Shown piece by piece: positions 36,913 to 50,100 of a DNA stretch of 64,000 nucleotides. This DNA comes from Camelus ferus. Its lineage: Eukaryota. Every line of letters begins with the position of its first letter. Position 1 is the stretch's first letter. The notes beneath the pieces are model-generated. The model was not told where the DNA came from and did not search any database. It saw only the letters and a list, made by a program, of their open reading frames with translations. The DNA lies in NCBI RefSeq assembly GCF_009834535.1, contig NC_045696.1:64482001-64546000 (forward strand), given 5' to 3'. The position numbers were made by a program, and so were the translations under genes.

Positions 36913-37718
36913 GAGGCCTGGCTGGACCTCTCGCTTGTGAGTTTGGAAAAATTGCTTTGCTAAGTGGAGTTAATAATAGTATCAACTCAGGGTTGTCACA
37001 GTTAAATGAGATAAGAATATCCGTTTAATTCTCCTAAGATGCAGTTAGGAAGGGAAGCAGAGGCCCAAAGAATTCCGATGATTTGCCCAAGGTCACTTGG
37101 GGTACGCGGCCCCAGAGCAGGAATGAAGTTCAAGGTTTTTAGTTGGAATTTTGGTTTTTAGTTCAAGGCACTTTGCTCTGAACCACCGCAGCACTTCAGA
37201 AATCATCAGCTTATCTATTTAGCAGTCTGCTTTTGTCTACAGAAGTAAAATTGGTATTTAAAACCTTCCTCTCCAGAACATTGATTGAGTCCCTCTGTAG
37301 TGTCCCTGGATTTATTTCAGATTTGTCTACATGATTTGTGAAAATGGCTGCCCTCTGAGACAGGGACGTAAGTGAAGAAGTTAGTTGCCCCAGACCTTGT
37401 TAATGTCCCCACTTGTGCTGGGTGGCCCTGAAGTGCTGGCCCCGGAGCGGGCAGGCAGACACAGCGTAGAGGCTGTCTGCACACTCAGCAACGGTCTGCG
37501 TCCTCAGGCCGTGTTCTCTCCACTTAAAATACAACGTGGACTATATTTTCTCTCAGTTTCCTGTGAACTAGAGAGGTGCATGGTGCCAGCTTTCCTAAAT
37601 TGCCACAATCAATATTCTACTGCCTTTATTTTTTATGCATGCTAATGACTTTTCTCCTTTTGAAATGTACTTGTTTCCCCAATCAGTCTTTGCAACGTTA
37701 AAAAATAAATAAGTAACA

Positions 37719-37761
37719 AGAAAAGAAAAGAAAAGAAAAGAAAAGAAAAGAAAAGAAAAAA
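37719..37761 (+). repeat. (GAAAA)n microsatellite
   Basis: Direct reading. Confidence 0.95.
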
Positions 37762-40717
37762 GAGTCCTCTACATCACCGTGAGTTTCTGCCTGGAGTTTT
37801 GTGGCATGAATCTGGATGGGGGTGGAAAACACTGCAGGAGAGACCCTGGCTGGCCTTCCTGGGCCCTCTGAGGCCAAGGCAGAGTCAAGAGGGAGGTGGG
37901 GTTTTGGCTCAGGGAAGCACTTGGCCCTGTGAACAACAGCTGGAAGGTCTGAGCTACATTCACTGGCTTCGAGCCATTCTTTCCCCCTCCTCCATCCCCT
38001 CCCCAACTGAATTGCTTTCTGACAGGTGCTCTGTGGGTCTGGGGTTACCAAAGTGGCTTCCTGAGATCGGGTGGTAGCCTTCCAGCCCTCCTTATACAGA
38101 ATGATGTGTATACACTTTCCCAGACGGTTTGGGTTTCACTGTTCATTATCTCTGCTTTAGTTCTCTTTATTCACCATGCATTTAGGACAAGGAACTCCTC
38201 ACTTGTGTTTACACCGCTTCCTCTGCCCGTGATGTCTACTTTGGTTCCTGCTCATATCAGTATCTGGTTTTTGTGTTTTGTCTTTTCCAAATACCATCTA
38301 TCATCTCAGGATGAGGTCAAATGATGTTTTCTTCATGAAGCCCTTGATTTCTATTTTTATTCATTGTTTTCAGTAAACATTTCATCGAGTACCTAACCCG
38401 TGCTTGATACTGTGGATGAAGCACTGAGGAAAACAGACAAAGGTCACTGCCCATGGCCCTTACACCCTACTCAGGAGAGGGAGAGTAAAAATGTATGTGT
38501 AGGATGTCAGGCAGTAGAGCAGGGGTGGGCTTGTCATTTAATGGAATAGTGGTCCAGGAGAGAGGCCTTACTGGGAGGGTGATACTTGAGCTGGGATCTG
38601 AAGATGGAAGTGCTGTCTTCTTCTCTGACCTCCTTCAGGCACTCTCCCAGCTTCATTGTGGCCAGGGACCACTTTTGAGGGAAGCGGGAGGAGGAGGGAG
38701 AAAGAAAGATACGGGAGAGCGTGTGTGTGTCTTGCCGTGCCGTCCAGCATTTTGTCTCCTGGTGCTTAATAAGTGACTTTAGAGTGAATACTGGTGACCA
38801 GGTTTGTTTTACTGCTGTTCCCAGTGAGGTGAAGCAGGACCTGTTCTGTATGGTGCAGTTATTACTCAGTGAGGGATCAGGGACCCCTCTGGGTCCTTGG
38901 TCTCTGGTGATGGTTCTGCCATTGCTGTGTGAACCCAGTACCCAAGAGTCCCTTCCAAAGGCTTAGTTTTCTCAACCTTCAAATAAAGGAGTTGAATAAC
39001 TGACTCTTAAAGAGCTCTCCCAGCTCCAAAGTTCCTCTATTTTGTGTTATGAAATCCTGGTTCAGGCCTCATCCCACGTAGGATTCCTTGCTAATGAGTC
39101 CAGCTCACAGACTGCTCTGTGGCTTATGCTGTGGGCTGTACCCTGTAAGAAGCACCTGCAGGTATATCGTCTTCAGAGCTGTGTGTCCTGGGAGATTGTC
39201 TTCTCCAAATAGCTTGTGAGTACTTGTGCAGCAGGCCCAGGAACGTGTCTTGTCCCCTTCATGACCTGCAGAAGATGGCACTGAACTGAGGGTTGGCTGA
39301 TTCATAGCTTTATCCATTGATCTCCATTATTTATAGAGCGCCTGGGAAGTCTGTTAGGCTCTGTGTTAGATACTGGAAATACTTTCTGATAAGTCCTCTG
39401 GAAGGTCGCAGCATGGCTGGTGAATAATATTATCATAAGACACTTGGTCGTTTTCACAGTGCTTTCACATCTGTCTTACCCTATTGGTCTTTAGACATCC
39501 CAGCGATTGAGGTAGGACTTAAAAGACGATGTTATATTTTGTGCCCATTGAATCACAGAAGTGTAGTAATATGACTTGGAAAAAAATGCAAAGAGAGAGA
39601 GCGATTTAAATGGTGTTGGTACTTGGTGTCTGGAATCCCACCAGAAGGCAGTGTCCTTAGGGGCAAGAGATAGATGATGGAGACATGAGTCTCTTCTCTC
39701 TCCTTTGGCCTCAGGACCCATGTGCTCTCATGGTAGAAGCATTAAAACATGTTGACCCTGCCATTTGGGTGAGTGTAGGGATTTTGAAGGCTGCTTTTAA
39801 CATACTTGGTTTTTGCCCATTGATTTAGGAACCGATTTCCTGATGCGATGCATTCCTGCCTTTGCCCACTGCGCAGGTGAGGGAGGAAACTGTCTCAGAG
39901 GGCGGGGTTTCCCTCCTCTCTCTGCATGCATGAGGGGCAGGCTGAGAATTGAGCCCATGTCTTCCTAACCTGCAACCAGGGCTTTTTCCTCTTTAGCCTC
40001 ATGTCTGTAATTCCTCAGAGATTATGGGCCTGTGGACTAGCAAAGCCTATGGGAGGAACGGGGCCCAGGAGCAGGGCAAGGTGTGCAGGCTGGATGGGTT
40101 AATCCAAGGATGGTTTCCCTTTGAGTCCTCAGCCGGCTCTGGGCGGCCTCGGGCTCCTTCTGGCCTGGGTTGGAGACGCCTGTTCAGAAATCTGTATTTG
40201 CGCCTCCTCTGGCATCTAATGAATTCCGACTCACTCTGAATGCTCCCTCGGCTGGGCTGCAGTGCTTTAAAGCCCATCTTCCACATGGAATTGGCAGGTT
40301 CATTTAATTGTTTGGGAGCCAGATAAAAACGCTTTGTTCTGTGTGCCTACGTTATGCCATTTCAGAATATTTCTTCTCCCACAGATCGCTGGGACTGTTC
40401 AGTTCGGGCCTTCAGTCGGCTCTCTCTGAGCAGGTCTTTCCATTTATGGTCCAAGGCCTGTTCTTTCTGATTACACATTTAGGATATCAGTTAGGTTTTT
40501 TAATCTATTTCCTCATGTTTCTTTTTTTTTTTTTCCTTCTCTTTATCTCTCTTCCATTGTAAACGGTGTGCAGTCATGGAAGCTGTAATGAAATGCAAGC
40601 TCTTCTCCTCGCTTGCCCGCTGGAACATATGATTTTTAAATTTGTTTTATTTTTGCCTAATTTTTTTTCCTTATGTTTTACGGTGGTGATGATGATGATA
40701 ATGATGTGATCATTAAG

Positions 40718-40826
40718 TTTCTTCTTCTTCTTTTTTTTTTCAAATGGAGATGTTGAGGATTGAACCCAGGACCTCGTGCATGCTAAACATGCACTCTACC
40801 ACTGAATACACTGAGCTATGTCCCCC
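40718..40826 (-). mobile_element. tRNA-derived SINE (camelid Vic-1-like)
   Basis: GGATTGAACCCAGGACCTCGTGCATGCTAAACATGCACTCTACCACTGA...GCTAT with T-rich tail. Small internal CACTGA duplication in the A-box region. Confidence 0.9.
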
Positions 40827-41409
40827 TGCCCCGGAGCTTTTTCTTCTTTAATCAGTTCCTCCATTTAGATATCAAGTAGGCAGAAGGTTATTATGGGCAA
40901 GAGAAATACCCAAGAAACCATGATCCAGACTTAAGGAAATGTGGCAAGTGCAGGGCCAGGGGCTCGGGTAGAGCTGTGAGAAAGGGAACTGGGTCTCTTT
41001 GCATGTGGTGCTTAGAGTCCGGACTTGTCCGTGATTCATTTCTTCTGTGCAATGTGAGCCTCACTGAAGCCGGGAGGAAACTGATGCTGCAGAGGGCTGA
41101 AGCTGATCTGCGCAAGCTCACACCGTTAAAAAGTATGAGAGCTGGGTGTTCAACCGAGATCACTTGGGGTACGCCAAGGCTCCAGGGCTTGTGCTGATGG
41201 AAGGTACCCCACGTCTGACCCCTTCAAACCTGTCCTCTGGTGAGACCCGGTGGGGCAGCCCCTCCTGACCACAGCTGTCCTGATTCCATTTATTCTGAGT
41301 GTAGATCTCTGATGCCTTTGTCTTGCTTTTCAGCTTCCCCAAAGCTTCATTTTCTACCCATTGAATAAAAGTGGGTGGAGCAGGGGAAGGCAGAGGGAGA
41401 GGATGTTAA

Positions 41410-41655
41410 TATTCAAGAGGATGAGTTCTGGAGTCAGCAGACCTAGCGCAGAACCCTGGCACTGCTGCGTTTTGACCCTGTGATCTTTGCAGCTGGAACC
41501 TCAGTCTCCTTATCTGTAAAATGGAAATGATAGTGCTTACCTAAAAGGTCATTTGAGGATATGATTTAAAAAAAAAAAACAGAAAAATAGGTGAAACCTT
41601 TAGTAGAGTGCCTGTCATTTAGCATAGTGCAAAATCAATGTTTATGGGCATTATT
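41410..41655 (+). mobile_element. MIR SINE
   Basis: TCTGGAGTCAG...CCTCAGTCTCCTTATCTGTAAAATGGAAATGATAGTGCTTACCT...AGAGTGCCTG. Confidence 0.8.
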
Positions 41656-42066
41656 TTTCTATTGGAGTCATTTATTCATTTATATATTTAGTATGCACTT
41701 ACTGAACGGCACTCCGGTTGTAACCCCAACACCATTGCTGTAGGCCTTACTTTGGCCTATCATAGGTACTCAGTCAGGCATTGTAGATGAGACATGGTTA
41801 CATCTGTGGTGAACTGAAACTTGGTGAGCATCAAATGATAAAAGTCACATTGAATTAAATGCTACCTTAGTGTGAAAAACCACTTACCACGGAACTGCCC
41901 TGTAGAGAAAGGAGTGTTGAATTCTGACAGAGTCATCAGGGAGTAGAATGACTGTGAGAGGGTGTGGTGATGTGGAGCAGAGTGGGCTCAAATGAGAGAA
42001 GAGCCTGGAAGGCTGATGTGGTTAGTGGATATGATTAGTCTTAAAGCCCAGGCTAAGGAGTTTAAA

Positions 42067-42098
42067 TTTCATTCATTCATTCATTCATTCATTCATTC
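42067..42098. repeat. (ATTC)n microsatellite, probably an L2 tail
   Basis: Direct reading; embedded in L2-like sequence at ~41930-42290. Confidence 0.9.
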
Positions 42099-43399
42099 GT
42101 TTGTCCAGTTATAAATACCGGGGTGTGTGGAAGGTGTATCAACGAGTCAGTATACTAAAGATAAATGAGGTCAATGGCGATTGAAATAGTCTCAGAGGGA
42201 GAGAAATGTTGAGGGCTGGATACAGGGCAGTGATAATGGGAAAGAAAAGTAGCTGAGAGAAATCAAAGATGATGAGGTGGTTTAAAAGCCCTTTTAAGAA
42301 TCTGGATTTCTGAGTGCTCTTGAAAATAGAAACAGGCAAACCCAGAGTAGTCTGGAAATGTAATAGGATTGCTACAGGCAGAGAAAATGGGCATCTTGAT
42401 TAAAGTGACCTGGAAAGACTGTCCAGCGGCTCTGCGGTGGGGAGTTCAGTCTGAAAATTCTAAGGCACATTTGGAGGATTTACTGGACGACTGCGCTTCA
42501 CCTGTTTGTTTATCCCTCTTCCAATTATGTCAACCATACTAATACATTTGATTCATTCTAATTGTTTTAAATTTCCTATATTTATAAGCCTCTGGGCTCT
42601 GGGCAATGTAAGAAAGGACATTTCTCTTTTTCTCTCCACCATAAAATGAAAACACTATTTTCCTTTTCTTATTTGAGACTTTACCTCATTTCCCCTTCCT
42701 CTGTTTTTCCCCTCCTTAAAAAATTTCTGCTGAGAAAATGACCTCTAGAACATGTACATAGAACAGGTTGCAAGGATGGTTCAGCTGAGTGGTAGGATAT
42801 AATTAAGAATTCTTCACTGACTGCCAGTTCTAACAAAGAAACTGTTGCTTTGAAATATGTGCCTCTTTGTTTCCTGTGGCATTCTCTCTCCTTCCAACCC
42901 TCCTTTCCAGTTCATTTATTTTTGTAGCCATTACATCGATTAAAGGGAGCCTGTATAAATAGGTCTGCATGTCGGAAATTGATGCTGGGCATGCTGATTG
43001 AGGTCTCTGATTATGAACCCAGCTGAAAGGATGAAGTCCTCCCCGCCTCCTTTTTTTTAAATCCTGAACTGGATTGTCCAAGTTCTGCTGTTTGATTATT
43101 TCCCCTGTTGGCAGAACCTGCCTTTGACCCTCAGCCGCAGTGAATGAGTATGTGCTGGCCCAACTCCAGATGCCTGGGGGGGATGAAACTTTGCCCAAGT
43201 TGGTCATTCTTTGCAGCTGCTTAGTTGTTCTAGACTTTGTTGATATTTCCTAGAAAATTTTGGCTCCACATTTGTCGCCGGTTACTTGGTTTATTTGACA
43301 TTTAGTTTGTCTTGCCTCTTGTTGGGGACTTTAGGGGATTCCGTGATAACACTTGCACCCAGTTCTGGAGTAGCTCATAGAGGAGGAAGAGGAGGAATA

Positions 43400-43890
43400 A
43401 ATACCCCCTTTTTTTAAAAATGTGCAATTTAGTGGTTTTGGCATATTTACAAAGTTGCACAGTGATCACCACTATCTAATTCCAGAACATTTTCATCACC
43501 TCGAAAAGAAAGCCTGTGCCCATGAGCAGTCATTTCCCTTTCCCCCTCCGCAGCAGCCCCTGGCAACCACTAATCTCTCTCTCTCTTTTTTTTTGATTGA
43601 AGTATATAGTCAGTTACAATGTATCAATTTCTGATATGCAGCATATTGTCCCAGTCATACATACACATACACATATTTGTTTTCATATTACTCATCTGCT
43701 TTCTGAGTATAGGTTTGCCTATTCTAGACGTTCTGGACCTAACAAATGGAATCATGGTATGTGTCCTTTTGTCTGGCTTCTGGCTTCTTTCACTGAGCAG
43801 ACTTTCAAGGTTCATCCATTTTGTAGCCTGTATCAGAACTTTATTCCTTTTTATAGCCAAATAATATTCCATTGTGTGGATCTATTACCT
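43400..43890 (-). mobile_element. Old L1 (L1MB-like) 3' fragment including ORF2 C-terminal remnant
   Basis: TTCCAGAACATTTTCATCACC...CCCCTGGCAACCACTAATCT. ORF 43624-43872(-) MEYYLAIKRNKVLIQATKWMNLE resembles the L1 ORF2 C-terminus. Confidence 0.85.
43586..43690 (-). mobile_element. Younger L1 3' tip nested in the L1MB-like element
   Basis: T-run followed by GATTGAAGTATATAGTCAGTTACAATGT...CATATTTGTTTTCATATT, closely similar to 53862-53965. Confidence 0.8.
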
Positions 43891-44884
43891 TTTGTTTCTG
43901 GGAATAATATCTTTAGTGTTTGCTTTAGGTGTTTTCTATGTTTGTTGTTCCATGAGGTTTACCTTCTTAAATGTGTTTGTCCTCACATTTAACCTAAACC
44001 TAATGGTAGGTGCACTTGTAATCGCCGTTTTACACTTACAGAAGTAGGCAAGGGTGGGTCACACAGCTGGTGATCGGCTTAGTTTAACTGCAGTCTGTGC
44101 TCTTAGCCCCCATCCTCATTACGAGTCAGAGGATGTAAGACGTTTAAAAGTGATTATAAATATGGGAGAAAGGTACAAAGGTCTTAAACTACTGTAGGGG
44201 TCAGTAGTTCAGAGTTGGGGGAGGCTGATCCGATGTGTGTTGTACCCTGCATCGTTCTTCCATGCCCTTTGGATTATGGGACACCGTGGGTTTAGGTCAA
44301 CAAGTGATCTAGGCCACGTGGTGATGGGGCAGGGCTCCCAATCCACTGCCAGGTTTGGTCATGGCTGACTCAAACGGTGGGTGGGGCTGAGCCTGAGGCC
44401 AGACGTTTTCAGACAGTCTGTGCACGTGGGTGGGGCTGGGGCAGGCAGGGACTTGGCGTCAAGCAGCTCTTCTGCCAGCATGTAGAGGAGTACATGCAGG
44501 GCTAAGGGAGGTGCGTGGCTCACCGCATATGTGAGGAGTGATGGAGTCGATGAGAGATAGCGAGACTGCGTGCCAGATCTGACAGCCTTGAACCTCACAT
44601 TGAAGAGACCATGTAATAGGGTGCCTTGGGAGGTCTTGAACCCTGCAGGGATGAGATACGTGATTTTTAGATGGTGTGTGTCTTGCCCAGGTCTGTCCAT
44701 ATTTCTGTTACTCTGCTCAAGCACTGGTCTAACATCTTTCTGCCTGGGGTCCTGCCCAGGGATCCAGGTCCTTTCCTATGGCATTGTAGAGTGAACCGCC
44801 CAGGAGATGGAATCTCCAGGCCTGGTCTTTGCCTCAGCAGAGCCCCGGGGAATTTTTCTGTGATAAAACGCTTCTGTCTCTGGC

Positions 44885-45450
44885 AGTTCAGTTATTCATT
44901 CAACAAATATTTGAGGCCCTAATATGCATCAGGAAGTAGTCTAAGCACCTGAGACACAAGTCATTGAATGGAATGGAGGACTCTCACTCTCTTGGGTTTT
45001 AAACAATTCTCCCAGGGGAAAGCAGACAGTAAACAATTGACGTGATAATAAATGATCATTTTGTTTTTTATTTAATACAGTAAGTGTCATAAAACAAAAA
45101 GGAAAAATAGTGCAGGGGTAAAGGACATAGGAAGAGATTGAAATTTTACGTTGAGTAGGATGGTGGAAGTAAGGTTTTGCAGATGGTTAAAGGTGAGCTG
45201 TGAGAACACCGGGGAGGATCTGGCAGCCAGGGCCAAACTCTAAAGATGTTCAAGGAACAGCAGGGAGGCAGGTGGTGTTGCTAGTGTGAGCGTGGAGGAA
45301 AGCGGTGGGACAGCAAGGCTTGTCAGCCCTCTGGCCACTGGCAGGATTCCGGCCTTTCCTCTTAGTCGGATGGCATTTCAGGAGTGAACAGAGGAGTGAC
45401 GCATTTGCACATGTGCTTTACAATGACCTCTCTAGCTGCAGCATTGAGAA
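44885..45450 (-). mobile_element. L2 LINE 3' fragment
   Basis: TTATTCATTCAACAAATATTTGAGG...TGTTCAAGGAACAGCAGGGAGGC...GAACAGAGGAGTGAC. Confidence 0.75.
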
Positions 45451-46929
45451 TCTTATAATGATATTGAATCTGTAATATGGTAAGTGCACTTCCTCAAGAA
45501 GACTACTCAAGAAATTTTAAAAAAATGGTACCTGTGGAAGCAAAACTTGGGGAATTCTAGAGTTCTCTGATAGGCTCCCAAAATCTGAATGCATTTGCTT
45601 CTTTCCTTGTCAGGGGAAATAACGCTTTCTACAGCAGAAGCTTATCCAATGCCACGGTCGTGGGGATGGGTTTCCCTGCTGCTGGCTGGGAAACGTGACC
45701 AGGCTTTGGATTTTATTCTGGGAAGATTTAGCAATGAGTACTGGGTCATTTGCATACCTTAAGTGTATACTGTAAGAAATAGAGATGTATGTATACAGTA
45801 CATAGCTTCTGGATGCTAGTGGAGTAAGCTGTTATAAGTTGGTTTATTTCATTTCACAAGTTTTTCCTCAGGTTAGAAATATGAACTCAGAAGTGTGCTT
45901 TTAGTCTGCAAAATATTGGATCTGTCACAATCACAACTTCACTCTGTCAGGAGTAGGGAGGGAGCGGGTCAGACTGTAGTCACATTATCTCCTATAGGAA
46001 TAGGTAGCCTCTTGTGGCGTAAATGTGTAATAATATACTGAAGTACTGATGTCACTTTTTAAATCTGGCTTGATGTTGGGCCTTCTCTGGGCTAGAATTT
46101 TTGGGGGGATACCTCCAGTGTTTGACATTCATGTTCTAATTGTTGGATTCCCTTCTCCCCTCCCGGTTAGAGATTTGAGGGATAACTCTTTGGCAGAATG
46201 TCAGTGCAAACACTTGTAGAGATGGGCGAATGAATGAAAAAGCAGAGGAGGCATTTAACTGGCAGGTTGAAAGGAAAATGTCACTTTCTGTGGGGGAAGC
46301 AGGATCTTTGTAGCATATTTGCGCTTGACTTCTTCCAAATTTGTCTACATGAAGTAACCTCTGTGTTTTCACATAGGAAATATTTGAATAACTTTAAAAT
46401 ATGTATGTAATGCTGGGTGTTTGACCAGATGGAAGAGCATTTCTTGGCTGCTACATGTAAACAAGCTGTCACTAATGTTACTGTCACAGCTGTGGACATG
46501 AATATATTTTGGTGGCTTGTATTTTATTTTTGAGAGTGCACAGTACTTTGAAGCTAAGCCCAAATTGAGTTTCTGTTTGAATTTGGTTGATGGGATTTTC
46601 ATTTGTTTATGAATTTTACCTGCTCCTACTGGCTAGAATATTTTAACTGGATGTGAAACAGATACAACTGTTTCTATTTTTCAAATACTGACCAAATAAT
46701 CATTTCCAACTCTAGTTCCCCAGGGAGAGTGCTCTGCCAGCAGCTTTAGGATGTTGTAGTCAGTGAAAAAAGTAAGTTGCTGGCTAGGTTGATGGGTTAC
46801 TGAGTTTATAAAGAGTCTGCGCAAGAGTCTTGCTGCTGTGTTGAACTGGAAATTGTTTGTCCTGCAAGAACTCTGATTTGGGGTATTACTGTGTACCACT
46901 GTTACAATCTGGGAACGAATGAAGGTAAA

Positions 46930-47135
46930 GTACCTACTGTGTATCAAGAAACATCCTGGTGTGTACTTTCGTACTATCTCATTTAATCCCAACTCATGTA
47001 AATTAATATTTCAATTTCATAACTAGGAAAATTATCCTCTAAACAACACCATTCCCAAGATCCCTAACCACCAGTTAGTGGCAGAACCGAAATTTGGACC
47101 CAGTTCTGATCTACTCAAAAGCCCCGGTTCCTTTT
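46930..47135 (-). mobile_element. MIR SINE
   Basis: TACCTACTGTGT...TATCTCATTTAATCC...AGTTAGTGGCAGAACCGAAATTTGGACCCAG. Confidence 0.7.
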
Positions 47136-50100
47136 ACTGTCTTTGGTTGGCTTTAGGGAGGGAGCAGTCTGATGTTTGTCAAGTGTGTCCCCAGAAGTTG
47201 GGTCTGACAGAGCTAATGTTTCTTAATCTCTAGATAATTAAATGGAGAGCCCAGGCCTTAACCTGATGATGGATTTATTTTCAACACTTAATCAGCAAAG
47301 TTACATTGGTTCTCTGAGACCCAGTCATCTGGATCTTGTTTTGACAGATAATTGTGTGGTTGTCTTGGGGACTAATAAAGCTTTGAGTTCCTTCCAGCTC
47401 TGTGGGTCTGAGACCATGAAGACTCAGGAATGGCTCCTTCCAGGAGATTCCCAGAGACTCTGCCTCCATGTGGTTAGATGTCCCCACATCCGGGCTCTAG
47501 TTATTACCTCCAAATAAAGGGGTTCAGGGACCCTTGAAACCAGATCGCCTGGGAGATTTTAAATTAACTGCAGGACTCAGGGTGCATGCCCACAGCTGCC
47601 TGTGCTGAACTCCTGTGTCATGACACACGTGTGACAGAAAAGTGAAGAGGGTCTGGCAGAGCAGGAATGACAGGTGGTGCCTGGCTTTGTTATTCTAGGG
47701 AGCTCTTCCTTGCAGTGTTCTGAGTGCGGCTTAGTCAAATGATGGCTGTTTCTCCAATTTTAAGTGAAGCCACACAGCTTTCTTGTTCAGGGTACTTTAG
47801 GTATGTTTCCAATAGAAGGAGGTTTACCAGAGATCTCAAATCTTCACATTCCATAAGCGGTGATGCTACGAGTGGGCTAGGACGTGGGATGAGTAATGCT
47901 GGCAGGGAGACCTGTGCTGTCGGTGACCCCGTGGTGTGGATTTGTGTATGCGCACACCAACACGTGGATCCAAGTGTGTGGTTTGTGGCCTGGGGCAGGG
48001 AGGAGAAGGGAGGAGCGGTGGACTAGGTAAGTAGATATAAAAATAAAACAAAACAAAATGCTAAAACAGCCTACATCACAGGACTGTTATGAAGATTTAC
48101 TGAAATAATATGTATGAAGTGCTCTAAGCGTAGCATCCAGCAGATACTCAATAAATACTGTTTCTTATGTCATTACATTGCTTCTGTTCCTGTTATAGTT
48201 ATATCAGATGCATATGGGAAAAAGGCTTATGCATTACTAAGGGATGCAGTGTAAGTTTTATAGCAGTTATAACTTAGAATTAAGGGATGACTGATTGGAG
48301 TCTAAACCAGAGAAAGGTGAGAAGGTTGGGCACCCAATCAGAATTTTATAATGATGTGGCTGCAGGCGTTATTTTAGACAATGAAGTGAATGTGGACTCT
48401 TACATGGACACTGGTTGCAAGTCTCTGGTGGAGGGGAGAGGGAGGGGCCTGGAGTGGAGTGTGACATTTGAGTCTCTGTGCTGTCCTTCCCGTGAGGTCC
48501 TTCAGAGTGCTTTGCTGGGGGCGGGGCAGAGGTTATCAGCCTGTCAGGGTGGAAACATTAACAGCTAAGATGTGATTTATGGGCTAAGGAGGCCAAGAAT
48601 TTTCTCACCCTTGGTACCCTTCTGCCTTGGGTAGGGATTTATGATTGGCACGTAGGTGAGGATGCTCAGCAGATCAGGGGATGGAGAGGAAACAGCTTTA
48701 TTGGCAACTGGGATTATAGATGCAAGATGGTCTCCCCCACAAAAATCACCATTGACTCTTTAATGGGACAGGAGAACTTTTTGGATGCCAAGGCCGCTCG
48801 CCTGAATTAGGGGTGGTGTAATGTTCTTCTGTGGCTAGTAAATGATGAAGTGGTTGGAGTTGCTTTTTCCCCGGCTCTTAATTACAAAGGGAAAAAAACC
48901 TTACTTAGTAAATTATGTCATTTGAAGAATACGTGCAGGTCCCCCATAATCCTCCTCTTACAGTTCTGGAGGTTCCGCATCACTTAGTTTGCAACTTCTG
49001 AGCTTCCCAAGGAAATGGAACAATGAATACATGTGTTTCTTTTACTTTTGAATCCAATTAACTTGGCAGCCAAATCTGTGGTGAGTGGAGGATCACTCCT
49101 GTGTAAGAGGCTGTTAATCTCCCCTCGCAGACGTTCCAAATGGGACCCAGAGGCCAGAGCTTTCATCGTGCTGGCCTCCCTTCGGAGGAAATAAGGAAAG
49201 AGGCTGCCAGCTGCCTGGCTGAGGGCTGGGAGGCTTGGAAGTTGCAGATCAAAGGGGGCCTCTGTGCTTATTCGGGCTTCTCTTTTTTAGGGAAAACATG
49301 GCCTCGTGTGAATGGCGTCTTTGTGAAGGAGGGGGCTGGAATCAGGCCCCAGGGGTTCCTGCGGGGAAGGGTGTTGAAGCATTTCCTCTCCCCCCCGCTT
49401 CAAGTCCCAGCCTGTTGGAAGGTGGGAGCCCAGTCACAGAGGCACTTAAACCCCCACCCAGTCTCTCAGGGGGCTCTGCTGGCTCCACTGGCCAGAGGAG
49501 AGAAATGACAGGGCCATCTGCTGGTGGGCAGAAGGGGCTGGTGCCATTTTGCTTACCTCCCTTCCTGCGTTTTTGGATTATAATTGGAGCTTTGGCTTCA
49601 TGATAGCAACGTGGTGTACTTGCTCGTTTACCCGTCAGTCTTTGAAAGGGAAGGAAAGGGCAAGGTGGGCAGCACTGCAGGGGGACGGTGAATGGAGGTC
49701 GCCAGAGCTTTTCGGGGAAGGGGGCTGATGTCTCTGAGATAACCACGGTAGTGAGGGCGCGCAGCTCATGGCCAAGGCAAGGGACACAGTGGGAGTTAGT
49801 CGCAGCCCTGACTAGCCTTCGGGGTAACAGACATGACCTCAACTCATTCCTCCAAAATGTTTGAAAGTAACATAAAGATGAACTTGAATGTTGATGGGCA
49901 CTGTGTGCGCAGGCCGGGATCTGGCAGCCTTAGGTGTCTCCTCGGGCCGGCTGGGTGGGGAGGACCCCCTTCGGGTGGTTTCAGTGTAGGTTTCTGGCAA
50001 AGTTGAGCAGCCATCAAAACCTGGATGACAGCAGCACGTTTCATAGGCAGCAGATGAAGTGAGCTGAGTAGCCCAGGGATGGTTGCTCCGGAGCTGGAGG

